Source: Parcubacteria group bacterium Gr01-1014_3 (lineage in GTDB: Bacteria > Patescibacteriota > Minisyncoccia > UBA6257 > WO2-44-18). Taken from it: 64,000 nt of DNA. The notes under the pieces were generated by a model. It saw only the letters and a program-made list of their open reading frames with translations, searched no databases and was not told where the DNA came from. Position numbers and translations under genes: made by a program. The stretch covers positions 21,802-85,801 of the forward strand of contig VMGF01000001.1 of the NCBI GenBank assembly GCA_007376445.1, read 5' to 3'. Below are positions 52,679-61,481 of this stretch, in pieces (within the stretch, counting starts at the first letter, position 1; every line of letters begins with the position of its first letter).

Positions 52679-53195
52679 AAAGTATTCCCTTCTGCTTCAT
52701 GTGCCAAAGAATCGATCGCCAGGCTGGTTCGAGATCAAAGCCAAGCGCCACGTCTGGATCAGCCCAGGTCAGCGACCCGTGCTTCGTCGGCTCCATGATC
52801 GCGCCAAGTTCCCGGTCGATTTCAATCAGCATGATGTACCAGTGGTGATTCTTGGCCTTACGGCAAGGATTCGAGGCCCAGAGCTCAAGTACGATAGAAG
52901 CACTCTTCAGCGCCTTATTGATCCCCGTCTCTTCCTCAAGCTCACGCAGCCCAGCGTAGAATGGATGCTCATCCTTCTCGATGTGGCCAGCCGGGCAAGC
53001 ATAGCCAAGACCGGGATCGAACTCACAATTGGACGAATCTTTTCCGCCGTAGATGCCCTTCAGGCGATCCAGTAGCAAAATCTTGCCAGTTGGAGCACGG
53101 ACTACCATCCCAACACTCGCGCATTCGGCATCAAACGGGCCAATCTCACGAATCGTAATCGGATACTCGCAACGCGGGATTCTGGGAATTTCCAC
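52677..53195 (-). CDS. NUDIX hydrolase
   Basis: Nudix box AGHIEKDEHPFYAGLRELEEETGI. Confidence 0.7.
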   Translation of the reverse strand: MEIPRIPRCEYPITIREIGPFDAECASVGMVVRAPTGKILLLDRLKGIYGGKDSSNCEFDPGLGYACPAGHIEKDEHPFYAGLRELEEETGINKALKSASIVLELWASNPCRKAKNHHWYIMLIEIDRELGAIMEPTKHGSLTWADPDVALGFDLEPAWRSILWHMKQKGIL

Positions 53196-53515
53196 TAGTT
53201 GCCTCCTTTCAGGCGTTGCAGGTTCAATGAAACATTTTTACCGCTGTGTTTCCGTAAAGCTTCCGCGAACTTTTTCACCAGCTCGACGGCCGCTTTCTCA
53301 CGTTCTTCCGTAATCATCAAGATTTGCGGCTGCCAATGTGGTTCAAGCGAAAATCCATCGATCAAGATAACGTCCATGGTGAAGCAGGGATCGTCTTTGC
53401 CTGCGGGCAAAACTTCAATGACTTTCCCTTCTCTGACCCAGTCATTAAATTCAAAACCGGATTTTCTAGCCGCGTACAAAACATAATTGTACGCCTCCAT
53501 AGGATGCATGCCCAT
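53195..53515 (-). CDS. hypothetical protein
   Basis: ORF between rpiB and NUDIX; start set at MGMHPMEAY. Confidence 0.45.
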   Translation of the reverse strand: MGMHPMEAYNYVLYAARKSGFEFNDWVREGKVIEVLPAGKDDPCFTMDVILIDGFSLEPHWQPQILMITEEREKAAVELVKKFAEALRKHSGKNVSLNLQRLKGGN

Positions 53516-53556
53516 CTCTAGCTCCTCAAAAAACTGACTAAATAGTACTATAAATT

Positions 53557-53991
53557 TTAAAACTTGGCAAGGCGACGAACATGACGCTCCTCGCCAGTAA
53601 ATGGCGTGCCTAGCCAAAGATCGATAGCTTTCAGCGCTTCATCTTCCGCCACAAACCTCGCACCGATTGCAAGCAAATTGGAATTATTGTGTTCACGCGA
53701 CAATCGAACAATCTCTGTGTTACCTCCATAATAAACCGCCGCGCGAACATTCTTTTGACGATTAGCCACCATCGCCTCCCCTTGTCCGGAGCCCCCAATG
53801 AAGATCGCCCGATTTTCCGGATTCTCTGAAAGCGCTTTTGCCGCCGGGATCATAAAGTCCGGATAGTCATCTAGCTCGCTGTATTCCGAAGCGCCAAAAT
53901 CCTGAACCTCGTGGCCCTTCTCCTGCAAAAACTTTTTAACTTTTTCTTTTAGTTCAAAACCCGCGTGATCCGCGGCGAGATAAATTTTCAT
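53557..53991 (-). CDS. rpiB: ribose-5-phosphate isomerase B
   Basis: MKIYLAADHAGFELK, GGSGQGEAMVANR RpiB/LacAB signature. Confidence 0.85.
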   Translation of the reverse strand: MKIYLAADHAGFELKEKVKKFLQEKGHEVQDFGASEYSELDDYPDFMIPAAKALSENPENRAIFIGGSGQGEAMVANRQKNVRAAVYYGGNTEIVRLSREHNNSNLLAIGARFVAEDEALKAIDLWLGTPFTGEERHVRRLAKF

Positions 53992-53994
53992 AAT

Positions 53995-55044
53995 TTAAAG
54001 ATACTCAGCGGCTTTTTCTACGTGTTGCATCAGTGTAGCCACATACCCGAACTCGTTGTCATACCAGGACAAAACTTTTACTAAATCCCCATCCACGACC
54101 CTGGTGTAGGTCAGATCCACCACCGCGCCGTAAGGTTCACCGATCACATCCGAAGACACGATCTGATCCTCGGCAATTTTCAAAATATTTTTCCACTGGG
54201 CGGATTTTGCGGCTTTGCGGAAAATTTCATTTACTTCCTCTACCGTAGTTTTACGGGAAGCCACGAAAGTAATGTCGGCGAGCGAACCAGCTACGATCGG
54301 CACGCGATAAGCCAAGCCATCAAACTTGCCTTCCAGCTCTGGAATTGGCCGGGTCACGGAAATCGCCGCGCCCGTGAATGACGGAGAGATATTCACCGCC
54401 GCCGCTCGGCCACGCCGGTAATCTTTGCCTTTAGTTGGACCGTCCACCAAATTCTGCGTGGCGGTGTAGCCGTGAACTGTCGCGAGCATCGCTTTTTTAA
54501 CTCCAGGATTCTCCGACATGATCGCGATCACCGGATGAGTAGCGTTGGTAGTACAGGAACCGTTAGAAGTGATCTTGCAGAATTTAAAAGCCTCTTCATT
54601 AATTCCCATCAACACGGTCTTGGCATCATCGCGCTCCGCGTCTTTAGCTGGCGCGGTGATCACCACTCGCCTGGCTCCCGCGGTTAAATGACCTGAGGCC
54701 AATCCGAAAGATTCAAAAGCCCCGGTGGATTCCACGACAATGTCTATCTTTAAGTCTCTCCAGGGAAGCATATTTAATTCTTTTTCCTGGATCACTTTAA
54801 TTTTTCTTTGCCCTGAGCTCGCCGAAGGGTTGCCCACAACTAAATAACCCTCTTCTCCATGGCGTTCTACCTTCACCTCTTGATCATAAGTGCGATAAAC
54901 TGAGTCGTATTTTAATAAGTAAGCTAAATTATCAATGTCACCGAGGTCATTTATAGCCACAATTTCAAAGCCTTTCTTGCCGAACATCTGGCGGAAAAAT
55001 AGCCTACCAATCCGCCCAAAGCCGTTAATTGCGATGCGTGTCAT
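53995..55044 (-). CDS. gap: glyceraldehyde-3-phosphate dehydrogenase
   Basis: INGFGRIGR, SNGSCTTN active-site Cys; contains in-frame GC 20-mer encoding PSASSGQ. Confidence 0.9.
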   Translation of the reverse strand: MTRIAINGFGRIGRLFFRQMFGKKGFEIVAINDLGDIDNLAYLLKYDSVYRTYDQEVKVERHGEEGYLVVGNPSASSGQRKIKVIQEKELNMLPWRDLKIDIVVESTGAFESFGLASGHLTAGARRVVITAPAKDAERDDAKTVLMGINEEAFKFCKITSNGSCTTNATHPVIAIMSENPGVKKAMLATVHGYTATQNLVDGPTKGKDYRRGRAAAVNISPSFTGAAISVTRPIPELEGKFDGLAYRVPIVAGSLADITFVASRKTTVEEVNEIFRKAAKSAQWKNILKIAEDQIVSSDVIGEPYGAVVDLTYTRVVDGDLVKVLSWYDNEFGYVATLMQHVEKAAEYL

Positions 55045-55062
55045 TGTTATTTTAATTATACA

Positions 55063-55452
55063 TTATATGTTCAACAAACGGAGGCCGGTCCCTTTATCCA
55101 ATTTCCTAGATAATCCGGCTTCTGGGAGAATCGTAAGCTCTAAAGTACCGCCAACCGTGGCGCTCAAGAGATGGCCGCCAAAGGCCTGGAAATTCTTTTT
55201 ACCCAGCACGGCATGAATATGCATAAAATCTTTTCCTTCAGCTTGCGCTAGATTGCCAACTAGACTCGGCACTTCAAATGGCCCGTCAAATTTCTTTTCG
55301 TTATACTTCCTGGTCTTAAGATCATAAAAAGCCAGCTCGGCTTTCAAGAATCCACCAAGCCCAAAAAATGAAGCGCTTTTAATTTTGTGTTTTTGGAAAT
55401 ACCGCTTAAGCGCGGGAATAAAATCCTCTCCCTTTTTGAAAACAATCATCAT
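55063..55452 (-). CDS. PPC-domain (DUF296) protein
   Basis: size and beta-rich pattern consistent with DUF296; weak. Confidence 0.45.
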   Translation of the reverse strand: MMIVFKKGEDFIPALKRYFQKHKIKSASFFGLGGFLKAELAFYDLKTRKYNEKKFDGPFEVPSLVGNLAQAEGKDFMHIHAVLGKKNFQAFGGHLLSATVGGTLELTILPEAGLSRKLDKGTGLRLLNI

Positions 55453-55517
55453 TACTCTAGTTTACCAAGAGATAAGCCTCATCACCAACTTTTAGGTTAA
55501 GGATATTGGTCGACTAA

Positions 55518-56930
55518 TCAGTATACCCTTACCAAAACTCCAAGAGAGCCATGATAAATAACTTCTGATTTATCAATTTTAAATGCCTTAAAAATCGGCG
55601 CCGGAATCAAAATAAAAGATGGCCGTTGAATCTTGGTATCATTTTCAAAATTCCATATTTCTCTGCCGCCACTATAATAAACAAGCGTGTCGCGGTAGGG
55701 CCAAGCATATGCATAGACAGGCATCGCTTCTCCCGTAATCTTTTTTCCAATGACCCGCTCCTCCTCCGCGAGAAAATACTTACTTATAACGCCTTTCGGA
55801 TAAATTACTTTATCAAAATATATTGGGAAAAATATTTGCACCGAAGTCAGAACAAGTGCGATCAAGGATAACCCCACAACCCCTAGGCCAAAACCCGGGC
55901 TACCTAGCCTAGATTTTATGCGATCAAGACTGATGGCTATAAAAATTGAGGCAAGCGGATAAATCGGAACTAGGTAATAAACTAGCTTGGTTTTCGAGAG
56001 TGAGAATAATATAAAAACGAAAGCCGCGCTTAAAAATATGGCTACCTCGGGTCGTGATCTAGTAATATTTTTCCTATCAAAAATTGCCATATATACTGCT
56101 AATAATATAAGAACTAGAAACCATGGTTCGCTCTGATAGAATAGATTTTTAAAATAAAACCAAACCCCTGGATCATTTCCCAGGATAGCCTCCGTAAACC
56201 TATTTAAAATATGATAACCAAAATAATTATTCCAAAACGCGAAACCAAACTTAACCGACTGATAGATATGCCATGGTAATATAAGCACTATGGCTATAAT
56301 TCCGGATAGCCAAAAATATTTATTTTTCACACACGCCCAATCCTTATTTAAAGCACAAAATATTAAAATTATTGGTATGGCCAAAAATCCGATAACGCTT
56401 TTAAACAAAACTCCGGTCGCGACACCAACGCCAACGCCTAAAAACCATTTGGGATTACCGCGAGCCTGCAAAAAGGAAAATATGCCAAACAAGATCGACG
56501 CAACGACAGGAACGTCCATGCGCACCTGACGGCTGGCGTCCAAAAAGGCGCCGGTTGTTAATAAAATCACCGCCGCTAACAATGCAGCTTTTTTACTATT
56601 CGATAAACGAAGGGTGATGAGATAGGTTAAATAAATTGCCAAGATCGCCAATAGCGCTGTCGGCAATCTCATAGCAAATTCATTTTCGCCGAATATAGCG
56701 ACACTGCCGGCCATCAGCCAAAAATATAGAGGCGGCTTTTCAAACCAACTCTGGCCAAGCCGTGTAAAATTCAAAAAATCCCCTCGCTGCCAACTTTCAT
56801 GAAAAACCTGCGCATAGTGCGCCTCGTCAGAATCAATCAATGGGCCACTGCCCAGACTGATTAATACAAAGACTAATGCGAAAATAATAAGTATCGCTAA
56901 AGAATATTTGCGTAAAAACTCAGATGGCAT
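55518..56930 (-). CDS. ArnT/PMT-family (GT39/GT83-like) membrane glycosyltransferase
   Basis: N-terminal DEAHYAQVFHESWQRGDFLNFTRLGQSWFEKPPLYFWLMA motif, more than 10 TM. Confidence 0.75.
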   Translation of the reverse strand: MPSEFLRKYSLAILIIFALVFVLISLGSGPLIDSDEAHYAQVFHESWQRGDFLNFTRLGQSWFEKPPLYFWLMAGSVAIFGENEFAMRLPTALLAILAIYLTYLITLRLSNSKKAALLAAVILLTTGAFLDASRQVRMDVPVVASILFGIFSFLQARGNPKWFLGVGVGVATGVLFKSVIGFLAIPIILIFCALNKDWACVKNKYFWLSGIIAIVLILPWHIYQSVKFGFAFWNNYFGYHILNRFTEAILGNDPGVWFYFKNLFYQSEPWFLVLILLAVYMAIFDRKNITRSRPEVAIFLSAAFVFILFSLSKTKLVYYLVPIYPLASIFIAISLDRIKSRLGSPGFGLGVVGLSLIALVLTSVQIFFPIYFDKVIYPKGVISKYFLAEEERVIGKKITGEAMPVYAYAWPYRDTLVYYSGGREIWNFENDTKIQRPSFILIPAPIFKAFKIDKSEVIYHGSLGVLVRVY

Positions 56931-57853
56931 TACTTAACAATTCTCACCAAATCTTCGCCCCGAATTGCATTATTAGAATTTGTTTTGCCTTTTAGGACCC
57001 CAACAGTATCGCCAACCTGGAAGCCAGCTCTGGCAGTATAAAAGTGGCAAATCAAATCCAACCTGTTATCCATATTAACGTCTTCCGAGCCACTACACTT
57101 TTTCAAGCTAAGCTCATTGCCAATCTTCCCAAACGTTAAGGAAGATATGTCTACACTGCCTGGAGCATCAAAGTCTTGACTAGACAAAATCGCGACCGGG
57201 ATATTTCCGTTGCTTCCGGTATTAACCGAGTTTGGATAGCTTCCGGGCTTTATATCAATAGCTACATTTAAAACAGTTGAACCAAGGAGTCTAAAAGTGA
57301 GATCATTGCCGGGGAAGTAATCCCAACCATAACTACGCCGCAACATCAAACGGCCGGCTGGATAGGCATCTATAGAGTCGCTGGCTCTTATGTCAAAAAC
57401 ACCGCCCTGAACATTGGGAACTTCTATGACAAGCGCATAGGGTTGGTTCGCTCTCAACTGCAATGGAGACGCGGAAGTTTCTACAACTGTCGGGAAATTA
57501 TCCAAATCACCAGGTTCGGTTGTTGGATAACTACCAATTAAAACGGCCGCTGGGTCGTCAGGAAATGCAGACATTGATGGTAATTCGTAAAAATCAATTC
57601 TCGCGGGACCTCCATTGATACGCGCTGGCATCTGAACTTCCGTTAATGACCCAGCGACCGCCAAAATAAAGTTTTGTGCAAAGGCATCATTACTTCGCGG
57701 AGCTGGATGATTAGGGTATATCGAATATGTCCTTGTGCTAATAAGCTGCTCAAACAATACATCCTGTTGCTGCTGGGCGGACGCCATTCCTGCCAAAAAC
57801 GTTATAGCGACAAGCGCTAAGCCTTGTGCCGTTAATATTATGTGTTTTTTCAT
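56930..57853 (-). CDS. secreted protein, hypothetical
   Basis: signal peptide ending AGMASAQQ; start overlaps upstream stop. Confidence 0.55.
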   Translation of the reverse strand: MKKHIILTAQGLALVAITFLAGMASAQQQQDVLFEQLISTRTYSIYPNHPAPRSNDAFAQNFILAVAGSLTEVQMPARINGGPARIDFYELPSMSAFPDDPAAVLIGSYPTTEPGDLDNFPTVVETSASPLQLRANQPYALVIEVPNVQGGVFDIRASDSIDAYPAGRLMLRRSYGWDYFPGNDLTFRLLGSTVLNVAIDIKPGSYPNSVNTGSNGNIPVAILSSQDFDAPGSVDISSLTFGKIGNELSLKKCSGSEDVNMDNRLDLICHFYTARAGFQVGDTVGVLKGKTNSNNAIRGEDLVRIVK

Positions 57854-57889
57854 TATTTGATTATACCAAAATTAATCTTATTAAGTGGC

Positions 57890-58357
57890 CTAGTTTACCA
57901 AGAGATAGACTTCATCACCAGCTTTAATATTGGATATCTTCGCCATGCCAGCGTTGATCTCAAGAACATTATCAATCGGCTCGGGCGGGAAATAGGCCCT
58001 GGGATCGGAAGAACTATCCGGTGGAGCGTCGCGTTCTATGCCGACCACTCGTCCATCCGTAATCCAAATAAAGTCTAAAGGGAACTCCATCCCCCGCATC
58101 CAGAAGCTGTGAAAGCCCTGGTCTTCAAACACAAAAAGCATTCCCTCGTCGCTTCCCAGCTCTTTCCGGCCCGACAGACCTTGGGCGCGGGAACGCTGAT
58201 CATCCACGATCTGTACCCGGAATTTCGCTGGGCCGATACCAAGAATTCCAATCCGCGGCTCTGGCTTTAAAAATCCGCCAGCGATCGTCAGCGTGGCGAT
58301 CAAAGCAACCAGAGTGATCACGAAAGCGAGACCTGAATATTTAAAAAGTTTGGGCAT
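57890..58357 (-). CDS. DUF192-family protein
   Basis: N-terminal TM, PLDFIWITDGRVVG motif. Confidence 0.6.
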   Translation of the reverse strand: MPKLFKYSGLAFVITLVALIATLTIAGGFLKPEPRIGILGIGPAKFRVQIVDDQRSRAQGLSGRKELGSDEGMLFVFEDQGFHSFWMRGMEFPLDFIWITDGRVVGIERDAPPDSSSDPRAYFPPEPIDNVLEINAGMAKISNIKAGDEVYLLVN

Positions 58358-58840
58358 TTATTTATGTATTAATCTAAAAACGACAATACCAAAAGCCACG
58401 GCGACATTCAGCGATTCTTTTTTTCCATGCATCGGAATTTCCAAGATTTTATCGGCTTTTTTGAGAATTGCTGGCGATAAACCTCGCACCTCGTTGCCTA
58501 CGACGAGGGCAATTTTCAATTTTAAATTATCAATTTTCAATTTATGATACGGAATAGATTTTTTGGACTGTTCGATCGCGAAAATTTTATATCCCTCTTT
58601 TTTTAATCTATCAATCAGCCTTGAAGTTCCTTGCGCTGAGCGCGCCGAAGCGTCCCACGGCACGCTCTTTTCTCCGCCGAGCGCCACCTTGGTCAACTGC
58701 GGGCGCGGACGGCCAAAAATATCCACCGGCTCAGGCGTGATTCCGCCAAGATAGACTTTTTCTATCCCCGCGGCATCAGCCGTGCGGAAGATTGAGCCGA
58801 CATTATGCAGGCTGCGGATGTTATGAAGAATTGCGATCAT
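58358..58840 (-). CDS. SpoU/TrmH-family RNA 2'-O-methyltransferase
   Basis: LVVGNEVRGLS, NVAVAFGIVVFRL SPOUT motifs; start set at ATG 58840 (MIAILHNIRS) after upstream terminator; contains GC 20-mer variant and AT-rich repeat in frame. Confidence 0.75.
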   Translation of the reverse strand: MIAILHNIRSLHNVGSIFRTADAAGIEKVYLGGITPEPVDIFGRPRPQLTKVALGGEKSVPWDASARSAQGTSRLIDRLKKEGYKIFAIEQSKKSIPYHKLKIDNLKLKIALVVGNEVRGLSPAILKKADKILEIPMHGKKESLNVAVAFGIVVFRLIHK

Positions 58841-58901
58841 CTTATTAATTGTAGCAATAAAAGACCCCGTCCTTTCCTTAGAAAGAGCGGGGTTAACTAT
58901 T

Positions 58902-59174
58902 TTAGCCGCCGGTGAACCGCGTGTTCTCGTAACGAATGACATAGCGCATCTTAGTGCTGGGTGGCATCGCCACGTCAACCTTGGTCGGAGATGTAATACT
59001 GAACTTCCGATGTCTCCGCGCGATCATGCGGGCTGTTTTAGTGTTCAGTGGAATATCATAACCATTGGTTACATTCCGCAAACCAACCAGCTTGTCATCT
59101 TCAAAGGTCGCGAGATACTCGATCCATATTCCTAGCCGCGAATGCTTTCGCCAAAGCTTCCACTCTATTTGCAT
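58902..59174 (-). CDS. hypothetical small protein
   Basis: ORF followed by hairpin terminator 58855-58895. Confidence 0.45.
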   Translation of the reverse strand: MQIEWKLWRKHSRLGIWIEYLATFEDDKLVGLRNVTNGYDIPLNTKTARMIARRHRKFSITSPTKVDVAMPPSTKMRYVIRYENTRFTGG

Positions 59175-59267
59175 GTGCCACCTCGGGAAAATGTAAGGAA
59201 ACTATATCAGTATATTGAGATTGCGTCAACAATGTAAAACCCCCACTTTTTAAGTGGGGGTCCTTGC

Positions 59268-59600
59268 TTACTTCAGATTCCGTTTCACGAGTATATCGAT
59301 CTGTTCCTCGCTCAAGTCATCCGCGCCGTGTTTTTGAACAGCTTCCAGCGAATTCTGGAAATCATCGATCTCATGAGTATCCTTCTGATACTTCCGGTCT
59401 CGATACTTGGAAACCGCGAGATTGAATAAGGATACCGACAGAAACCCAGCGGCTAGAAATCCGGCCAGATACATGAAAACCATAATGCCATGGAAGGACA
59501 TCAGGAAAATGGCCATTCCGACCGAACCGGCCAGGAAAGTCCACGGAGCGATCGCGTCCGCGTGCTTGTCCAGCACTAGACTGATCATTCTCTTGATCAT
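59268..59600 (-). CDS. small membrane protein, hypothetical
   Basis: 2 TM; terminator after stop. Confidence 0.5.
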   Translation of the reverse strand: MIKRMISLVLDKHADAIAPWTFLAGSVGMAIFLMSFHGIMVFMYLAGFLAAGFLSVSLFNLAVSKYRDRKYQKDTHEIDDFQNSLEAVQKHGADDLSEEQIDILVKRNLK

Positions 59601-59641
59601 GACTACCTCCGAGTTATGTGTTCAGAACTGACAGTATTATA

Positions 59642-59890
59642 TCAATAAACTCGGTTTTTGTCCACACAGGAACACGCCCCACCGCGATAAGTCATCACCG
59701 TCGCCTGCTCCATGTATTCCGGATTCTTTTTCTTGAATCCTGCCACACAGATAAGCTGATCGCGACCCGTATCACCAGCGCAACAAAAAACTTTCCGGGA
59801 AGTCTCGCCCACGAACACCAACTCATCTTCCTTAAACTTCCGATGGCAAAACTCGCATTCCAGCGCCGCGCCCATGTAAAAGTTCTTCAC
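59642..59890 (-). CDS. Cys-rich small protein
   Basis: GGAGG SD; CEFCHRKF...CCAGDT...CSC. Confidence 0.5.
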   Translation of the reverse strand: MKNFYMGAALECEFCHRKFKEDELVFVGETSRKVFCCAGDTGRDQLICVAGFKKKNPEYMEQATVMTYRGGACSCVDKNRVY

Positions 59891-59968
59891 TTAGCACCTC
59901 CTTAAGTTCTGGTTAGACTGTAAATAAAAATGACCCCTTCGTAAAGGGGTCATCTGAACCTTTTGGGT

Positions 59969-60253
59969 TCAGTTCCGATTGAACCAGTCCGGCGACTCGT
60001 GGGCCAGATCGGCGTCGACCTTGGACTTGAACGCCCGCGCTCGCCGATTGCGGGCAGCCGCATACCGGGATCGGATCACGCGGATCGTGATGCCGATATG
60101 CGCCGCGCCGATCAATATCAGGGTCACGGCGCCTCCGAAGAACAACGGCCAGAGGTCCTGCAGCTTCAGGACCTCCACCGCGAAGACGACCGATCCGCTG
60201 AACACCAGCGCGAACATCGCGAGAACGAAGATCTCGATCCGGTTCATAGTCAA
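59969..60253 (-). CDS. small membrane protein, hypothetical (GC-rich)
   Basis: 2 TM; terminator 59927-59953; overlapping plus-strand ORFs judged spurious. Confidence 0.5.
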   Translation of the reverse strand: MTMNRIEIFVLAMFALVFSGSVVFAVEVLKLQDLWPLFFGGAVTLILIGAAHIGITIRVIRSRYAAARNRRARAFKSKVDADLAHESPDWFNRN

Positions 60254-60330
60254 TCCTTTCTTAAATGTCCTGTTAGCATTATACCAAAATATAGCCTATT
60301 TGTCAAGCCCTCTCAATTTCCCCTATTTAC

Positions 60331-60948
60331 CTACTCAATCGTCACCTTTTGCATCACCACTGGCTGAACCGGGCGGTCGCCGGAGCCGGTCTGTACCTTG
60401 CCGATCTTATCTACCACCTCCTGGCCCTCGATCACCTTGCCGAAGATCGTGTAATTATACGGGAGCGGATAATCCGCTAACATCACGAAGAACTGACTGC
60501 CGTTGGTGTTGGGACCGGAGTTCGCCATCGCCACGATACCCTTTTTATATCCTTGCTTCGCCAGCGCCTGGGAGTTCAATTCATCCTCGAATTTATAACC
60601 CGGACCGCCAGTGCCGGTGCCATTCGGATCTCCGCCCTGGATCATAAAACCGCCGATGATCCTGTGAAAGATCAAGCCGTCATAAAAGTTATTCAAAGCC
60701 AGCTTTTTGAAGTTCTCGCTGGTCTTCGGCGCCTCGGCTCCGTAAAACTGGAATTTGAAAGTTCCGTAATTCGTCTCTACTACCGCCACCTTTCCTTCCG
60801 CTACTTTTTTATTGATTTCTTCTTGTGTCATGGTTGGTTGATTATTATTTTCCGCCGACTGCGGATTGGTATTATTGTCGTTCAATATAAACATCGCCCC
60901 GATTCCGATAATGCCTAACACTAAAACCGCTCCTAAAATTTTATACAT
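60331..60948 (-). CDS. peptidyl-prolyl cis-trans isomerase, cyclophilin type, membrane-anchored/secreted
   Basis: HRIIGGFMIQGGDP, GPGYKFEDE cyclophilin motifs; N-terminal TM. Confidence 0.85.
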   Translation of the reverse strand: MYKILGAVLVLGIIGIGAMFILNDNNTNPQSAENNNQPTMTQEEINKKVAEGKVAVVETNYGTFKFQFYGAEAPKTSENFKKLALNNFYDGLIFHRIIGGFMIQGGDPNGTGTGGPGYKFEDELNSQALAKQGYKKGIVAMANSGPNTNGSQFFVMLADYPLPYNYTIFGKVIEGQEVVDKIGKVQTGSGDRPVQPVVMQKVTIE

Positions 60949-61026
60949 ATGAAAGATTCTACCACTGGTTGACCGGAAATTCAAAATCTGCGAAGATGAC
61001 TCTGTTCTTTTATAGGAGGCGGCGAA

Positions 61027-61457
61027 TGAGTAATCGACTGAACATTTGGTTGGGCGGAGGAAGCGTTAATTATCCGAAATCCGCGCATCCGTGGGTCAAG
61101 AATTGGCGCGCGACCTTTCGACGGTTCGTCAGAGAAAAGGGCCTGGATGTCAGCGAGGTTTTGGTGAAAGATTCCGCGGCATATTCCTTTGATACGCATC
61201 CGCTGGCCATGCAAGACTGTCATGTCGTCGTCGTGAATCTTCGCAAACTGCCAAAGTCAGAGGCCTACAAGACGATGCTTGAACTCGGCTGCGCCTACGG
61301 ACTTCTCAAGATGATCCTGGTCATTACCGACAAACAGACCCTAGAAAAATACTACCCGACCGTTAAGCTATTGAAGGCTCTCGTTGCCGAAGACATGGAC
61401 TCAGCCTTGAAATACATATTAGCCATGCCCGACTTGGTCTTCGCCAGAAAATCCTAA
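61027..61457 (+). CDS. hypothetical protein
   Basis: AGGAGG SD before ATG 61027, hairpin terminator 61458-61481. Confidence 0.55.
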
Positions 61458-61481
61458 CTGCCCATAATGGGCAGTTTTTTA
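61458..61481. terminator. bidirectional terminator
   Basis: ctgcccataatgggcag + ttttttattt. Confidence 0.65.

Noticed and set aside
59963-60647. Plus-strand ORFs of 134 and 222 aa overlapping the small membrane gene and cyclophilin gene
   Set aside because: They are proline/arginine-rich antisense frames with no start context. The opposing genes have recognisable domains or TM helices and terminators.
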